Virus record (IMG/VR): IMGVR_UViG_3300031952_004642
Length of the DNA: 37,082 nucleotides
Direction: 5' to 3' (one strand)
From: a virus
Lineage: Duplodnaviria > Heunggongvirae > Uroviricota > Caudoviricetes
Position numbers and translations under genes: made by a program. How positions within the stretch are numbered: the first letter of the stretch is position 1; each line of letters begins with the position of its first letter. This document shows positions 33,903 to 37,082 of this stretch, in pieces. The notes under the pieces are model-generated. The model made no database searches. It was not told the origin of the DNA and saw nothing but the letters and a program-made list of their open reading frames with translations.

Positions 33903-34780
33903 GGTTCATTCTCCAGTTTTTTGACTTGTGAATTCCGTCCATCTACATTATGAGGAAAGCCATTTCGTAGTCGACAAAAAAACCGATTTAAAGCATGCCT
34001 TGGAACAGGGAAATCGATTCGTGATTTATAGAATTGTTTCTGCAAAAACTTCAACTGAATCATCCAAACAGTTCTACTCGAAAATGAAGTCTTTGTATGA
34101 CAAGAAAAACAAAGAGAAACAAGATTACTAAAAGCATGGTTTTTTTTATTGTAATCAATATGATGGACAGGAAGCCTCAACTCATTTTCAACACTACCAC
34201 ATATCAAACATCGCCTACCATAAAAATCACGAACACTCTCTTTCAAATGTTCAGTAAAACCAACCGAATAAGGCTCAAAAGAAGAACCACCATTCCATTT
34301 CGGACTTCGTGAACCACGAACAGAATAACCTTTATTTAAACAACAAATTCCAAGTTCATTAGCCTTGCATTGTACAGCCACATTCGAACGACAAGGAAAG
34401 CGCAATAGAAAAAATTCAACACCTCTTATCGGATATACTTTTTTCAAATAATTTCCCTCTTCATAAGACCACAACTTCTGCCGCTTTAAACCAAGTTTCC
34501 AAACTTTTTTATGGACGATATGCATTGGCACTTGTGGAAACTTTAAACGAAACGCCTTAGACCCACCCACAAAATAAACCTTTTTCAGATAGAGAATTTT
34601 TTCTTTCGACCAATATGACATATATTTTACACCAAGTAAATGTGCACGAGTAATAACAGCCAACTTGCTTCTCATAGGAAACATTTTCTGGAAAGCCATC
34701 GTACCACCTTCTGGATAAACACATCTAAGAAAATCCTCTTCTTCCATACTCCACATTTTACCCATCCAATCCACCTGCAA
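33890..34780 (-). mobile_element. HNH endonuclease with N-terminal WSxEE helical repeats
   Basis: CLIC...VHHIDYNKKN....NLVSLC..CH; three WSxE(E/K)...YL...YP repeats; visibly AT-rich. Confidence 0.85.
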
Positions 34781-34817
34781 ATCCTATCTACCTACATCCC
34801 GAAAGGAGTGAAAATCC

Positions 34818-35004
34818 CCGACTGTCCAATCACTGTCCAAATCGGCCTTTTCGGGCATCCATATTACATGATTTCCAGCCTTTTAAAAACTATCGCTACT
34901 TTATAACACTGTTATCCTTATATAGTTAACCAAGTAAAATCTGGACATCTGGACAGGGGGTCAGCGACCCCCTAACATCGATTACCCCCTGTCCAACTGT
35001 CCAA
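34818..35004. repeat. Iteron-like CTGTCCAA repeats and cruciform: candidate replication origin
   Basis: CTGTCCAA at 34822, 34833, 34989 and 34997; inverted copies at 34941 and 34949; TGGACAGGGGG/CCCCCTGTCCA inverted repeat enclosing a GGGGGTC/GACCCCC hairpin; AT-rich tract 34880-34940. Confidence 0.6.
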
Positions 35005-35005
35005 T

Positions 35006-36652
35006 TCACTTTTTGGAACTCTTGCTATCGGTTTTACTTACTTTCTTTGGAACTACTTTTTCATCATTTTCATCTTTTAGCCATACCGCAACCGTGGATT
35101 TCGAAATATCACCTATCATCAAAGCGATAGGCCGAGCCCCTAAACTTGGAAATTTTTCATGAAGCATCAAGACACATTCTTTCGTCGGTTCCATCTTATC
35201 GAGAGCAGTCGTCACTAAGCTGAAACTCTTCAAATTGATGTCAACCAATATGCGGAGACGCTCTTCTCGTTCTTTTTCAATGATGCTCCGCTGAAAATCC
35301 TTCAAATTGAACGTGCCGGAAAACTCATCCATATGCTCGAACATCAACGAACGGATGACCCCCATCTTGATTTTGGCTGGCGACAACGACATCCCGTTGA
35401 TAAAAGATTTCACAAAATCATTGGCGCTTGCTTCCGAAAATGCCAAATATGTGCTTTCTATCTCCTTGGTCTCATTGGCCCACTGCTTATTGGTTTTCAT
35501 AACAGGATAAATTCTCGTGAAATAATATTTCTGCACAATCTGCATAATTGTCCTGAAAACAACGTCCCTGTATTCCGATATTGCCCCATGCGGAGTAACA
35601 GTCCGAAAATCGCTTCCAACAAGGCATAACCCGAGTCGGGAGCCTATCTTTTGAGGAAAATCAAGACCTGCAACAACTTTCAAGAAGTCAATCACCGAGG
35701 CTAACATATTACTGCCATCCGTCGGATTCGAAGCCAAATATAATGCCTTCGTTCCACGACATTCTATCCTCGATTTAAGAGACCTCGCCGCCGTGCCCTG
35801 CTGCATATAAGTCAGCAGTTGCGGAAGAAGCGTTTCATCATTGACATTCTTCACATACAGCACCTCATCGAAGAAATGTATTCCATATCCTTCCAACACT
35901 CCAGAAATACGCTCAGTACCCTTCGAGCCCCCGAAAAGCCCAGCAACAGTCCATTCTGAACTCGGTATCTCGCCCACCAGCCTCGGGTATTCCGACTTCC
36001 CTGCCTTGGAATTCGTAATCCAGAACTGATGATTCTGATACCACATCAAGTCCGACAACTGGCTATCGACCTGCCAGTCCTTCGGAATCAAAGGAATGAG
36101 ATTCGTCTTGAAAGCCTCAATGAGCCTTGGGTCTTTGTTCAGATTCTCAGTCAACCAGAGATGCGACAACTTCTGCCAGTCATTCTGAGCAAAGAACCTA
36201 CTCAATGAGATACTCGGCTCAACACGATGTACCACCGACTGATATTTATCTCCTTTTTTCCACGATATCGAATTTGGCAATTTCCTCAGCGTCGAACTCG
36301 GCATCTTGACAAGACAAAGCCTTTGCTTTCCACAACCATTCACAAACCTAATGTCATTCTGGTCGATAATCGTCAATCGTGTCTCATAATTGTCTGGAAG
36401 ATAAGCTTCAGCTCTCAAATAAAGCGGCTTCGCATGAAATATATTCGCATGAGGATTCGTACTTTCCTGCCATTCAGTAACAATCTTTTCAACAATCACA
36501 TTTTGCATCGGTCTTTCTTCAATCAAGACCTCAAGCATCGTACCATCACGCAACACCAGCTTCCTTGGAACCTTCTCACCTTTCGGCCTACCACGAACCG
36601 TTATGCCTTTTCCAGCACCCTCACTATCATGTACGACCTTTCTGCCAACCAT
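35006..36652 (-). CDS. MCM-like AAA+ ATPase (putative replicative helicase) with C-terminal HTH
   Basis: Degenerate Walker A TNSKAGKS, Walker B HFFDE, MQQGT...LYLASNP (MCM-like MEQ...AANP). Likely start ATG 36652 after an AGGAGG RBS. Confidence 0.65.
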   Translation of the reverse strand: MVGRKVVHDSEGAGKGITVRGRPKGEKVPRKLVLRDGTMLEVLIEERPMQNVIVEKIVTEWQESTNPHANIFHAKPLYLRAEAYLPDNYETRLTIIDQNDIRFVNGCGKQRLCLVKMPSSTLRKLPNSISWKKGDKYQSVVHRVEPSISLSRFFAQNDWQKLSHLWLTENLNKDPRLIEAFKTNLIPLIPKDWQVDSQLSDLMWYQNHQFWITNSKAGKSEYPRLVGEIPSSEWTVAGLFGGSKGTERISGVLEGYGIHFFDEVLYVKNVNDETLLPQLLTYMQQGTAARSLKSRIECRGTKALYLASNPTDGSNMLASVIDFLKVVAGLDFPQKIGSRLGLCLVGSDFRTVTPHGAISEYRDVVFRTIMQIVQKYYFTRIYPVMKTNKQWANETKEIESTYLAFSEASANDFVKSFINGMSLSPAKIKMGVIRSLMFEHMDEFSGTFNLKDFQRSIIEKEREERLRILVDINLKSFSLVTTALDKMEPTKECVLMLHEKFPSLGARPIALMIGDISKSTVAVWLKDENDEKVVPKKVSKTDSKSSKK

Positions 36653-36722
36653 AATCCCGACCCTCCTGCTAAACATCATCAAGAGAAGGCAGCCACTCAC
36701 AAACAAAAGAAAAAGAGAAATC

Positions 36723-36746
36723 GGGAGACGGGTTTCCCCGTCTCCC
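36723..36746 (-). terminator. 10-bp GC hairpin with GAAA loop and T-tract
   Basis: GGGAGACGGG-GAAA-CCCGTCTCCC on the minus strand just after the stop at 36773, followed by T-rich sequence. Confidence 0.6.
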
Positions 36747-36772
36747 ACAAATGAACAAACCCTCAAAACGGT

Positions 36773-37082
36773 TTAAGCGGGCTTCATGCTCACTATTTCA
36801 CTGAATACGCCCTTCTCCGTTTCGACTTCCTTCGTGACGATTTTCACAGCCTTGCCAACAGCAAGAATCTTCTCAAGGTTCAGACTCTCACCACTGGTTA
36901 TCTGCTCTTCCGTCACTCCGAACAGCTTCAGGAGCTTACCCATCTTCGTATTCACCGACAGGTCAAAAGGCATACCGACCTTGATATTCGGATGCTTGCC
37001 CTCTTTGGTTGTGACATCCATCACATCAACGTGGCAATCCAGATATTCAAACTGCTCTTTGCCCCTCTTCTCAACCTTCAGA
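36773..37082 (-). CDS. Partial beta-strand-rich protein, possible OB-fold ssDNA-binding protein
   Basis: Frame open to the window end; ...GKAVKIVTKEVETEKGVFSEIVSM C-terminus; located next to the helicase. Confidence 0.45.
   Translation of the reverse strand, partial: LKVEKRGKEQFEYLDCHVDVMDVTTKEGKHPNIKVGMPFDLSVNTKMGKLLKLFGVTEEQITSGESLNLEKILAVGKAVKIVTKEVETEKGVFSEIVSMKPA

Noticed and set aside
1168-36754. Numerous antisense or overlapping ORFs in the six-frame track (e.g. 4649..5011, 8341..8748, 27540..27992, 36227..36754)
   Set aside because: They lie opposite well-supported genes and have no recognisable motifs, RBS or promoter.
36653-36766. Hydrophobic N-terminal extension of the 586-aa ORF
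   Set aside because: It spans the terminator hairpin and T-tract. A good RBS precedes ATG 36652.
1-37082. tRNA or rRNA genes
   Set aside because: No cloverleaf or rRNA-like segment was recognised by eye. A tRNAscan/Infernal run would settle it.

Overview
The window looks like most of a 37+ kb archaeal virus or extrachromosomal element. Evidence is TATA promoters, GGTGA/GGAGG ribosome-binding sites and bulge-helix-bulge splicing motifs. It has four parts. (1) 1-11.2 kb, virion module: two tandem ~62-aa single-helix coat-like genes, each behind a conserved structured RNA leader, then several membrane-anchored or secreted proteins and a NUMOD3-type homing endonuclease. (2) 11.4-13.9 kb, a P-loop ATPase (putative packaging/extrusion motor) that looks broken in the ORF track. 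It reads through once five tiny bulge-helix-bulge (BHB) introns (37, 30, 20, 32 and 33 nt) are removed and a naturally split intein, whose halves flank a free-standing LAGLIDADG gene, is trans-spliced. (3) 13.9-31.6 kb, an array of about 45 small, otherwise unrelated genes that nearly all begin with the same basic peptide (M-x0-3-[KR]-[KR]-[ST]-R-L). They sit in about 11 transcription units sharing a CTGCCATTTT-N7-8-TATA promoter. A beta-helix protein fused to a copy of the coat protein and an inverted GHKL/zincin gene are embedded in the array. (4) 31.6-37 kb, replication module: AEP-like primase, HNH nuclease, iteron/cruciform origin candidate, MCM-like ATPase and a probable SSB. All pairings, translations and counts were done by hand. 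Family names are from motif recall, not database searches.
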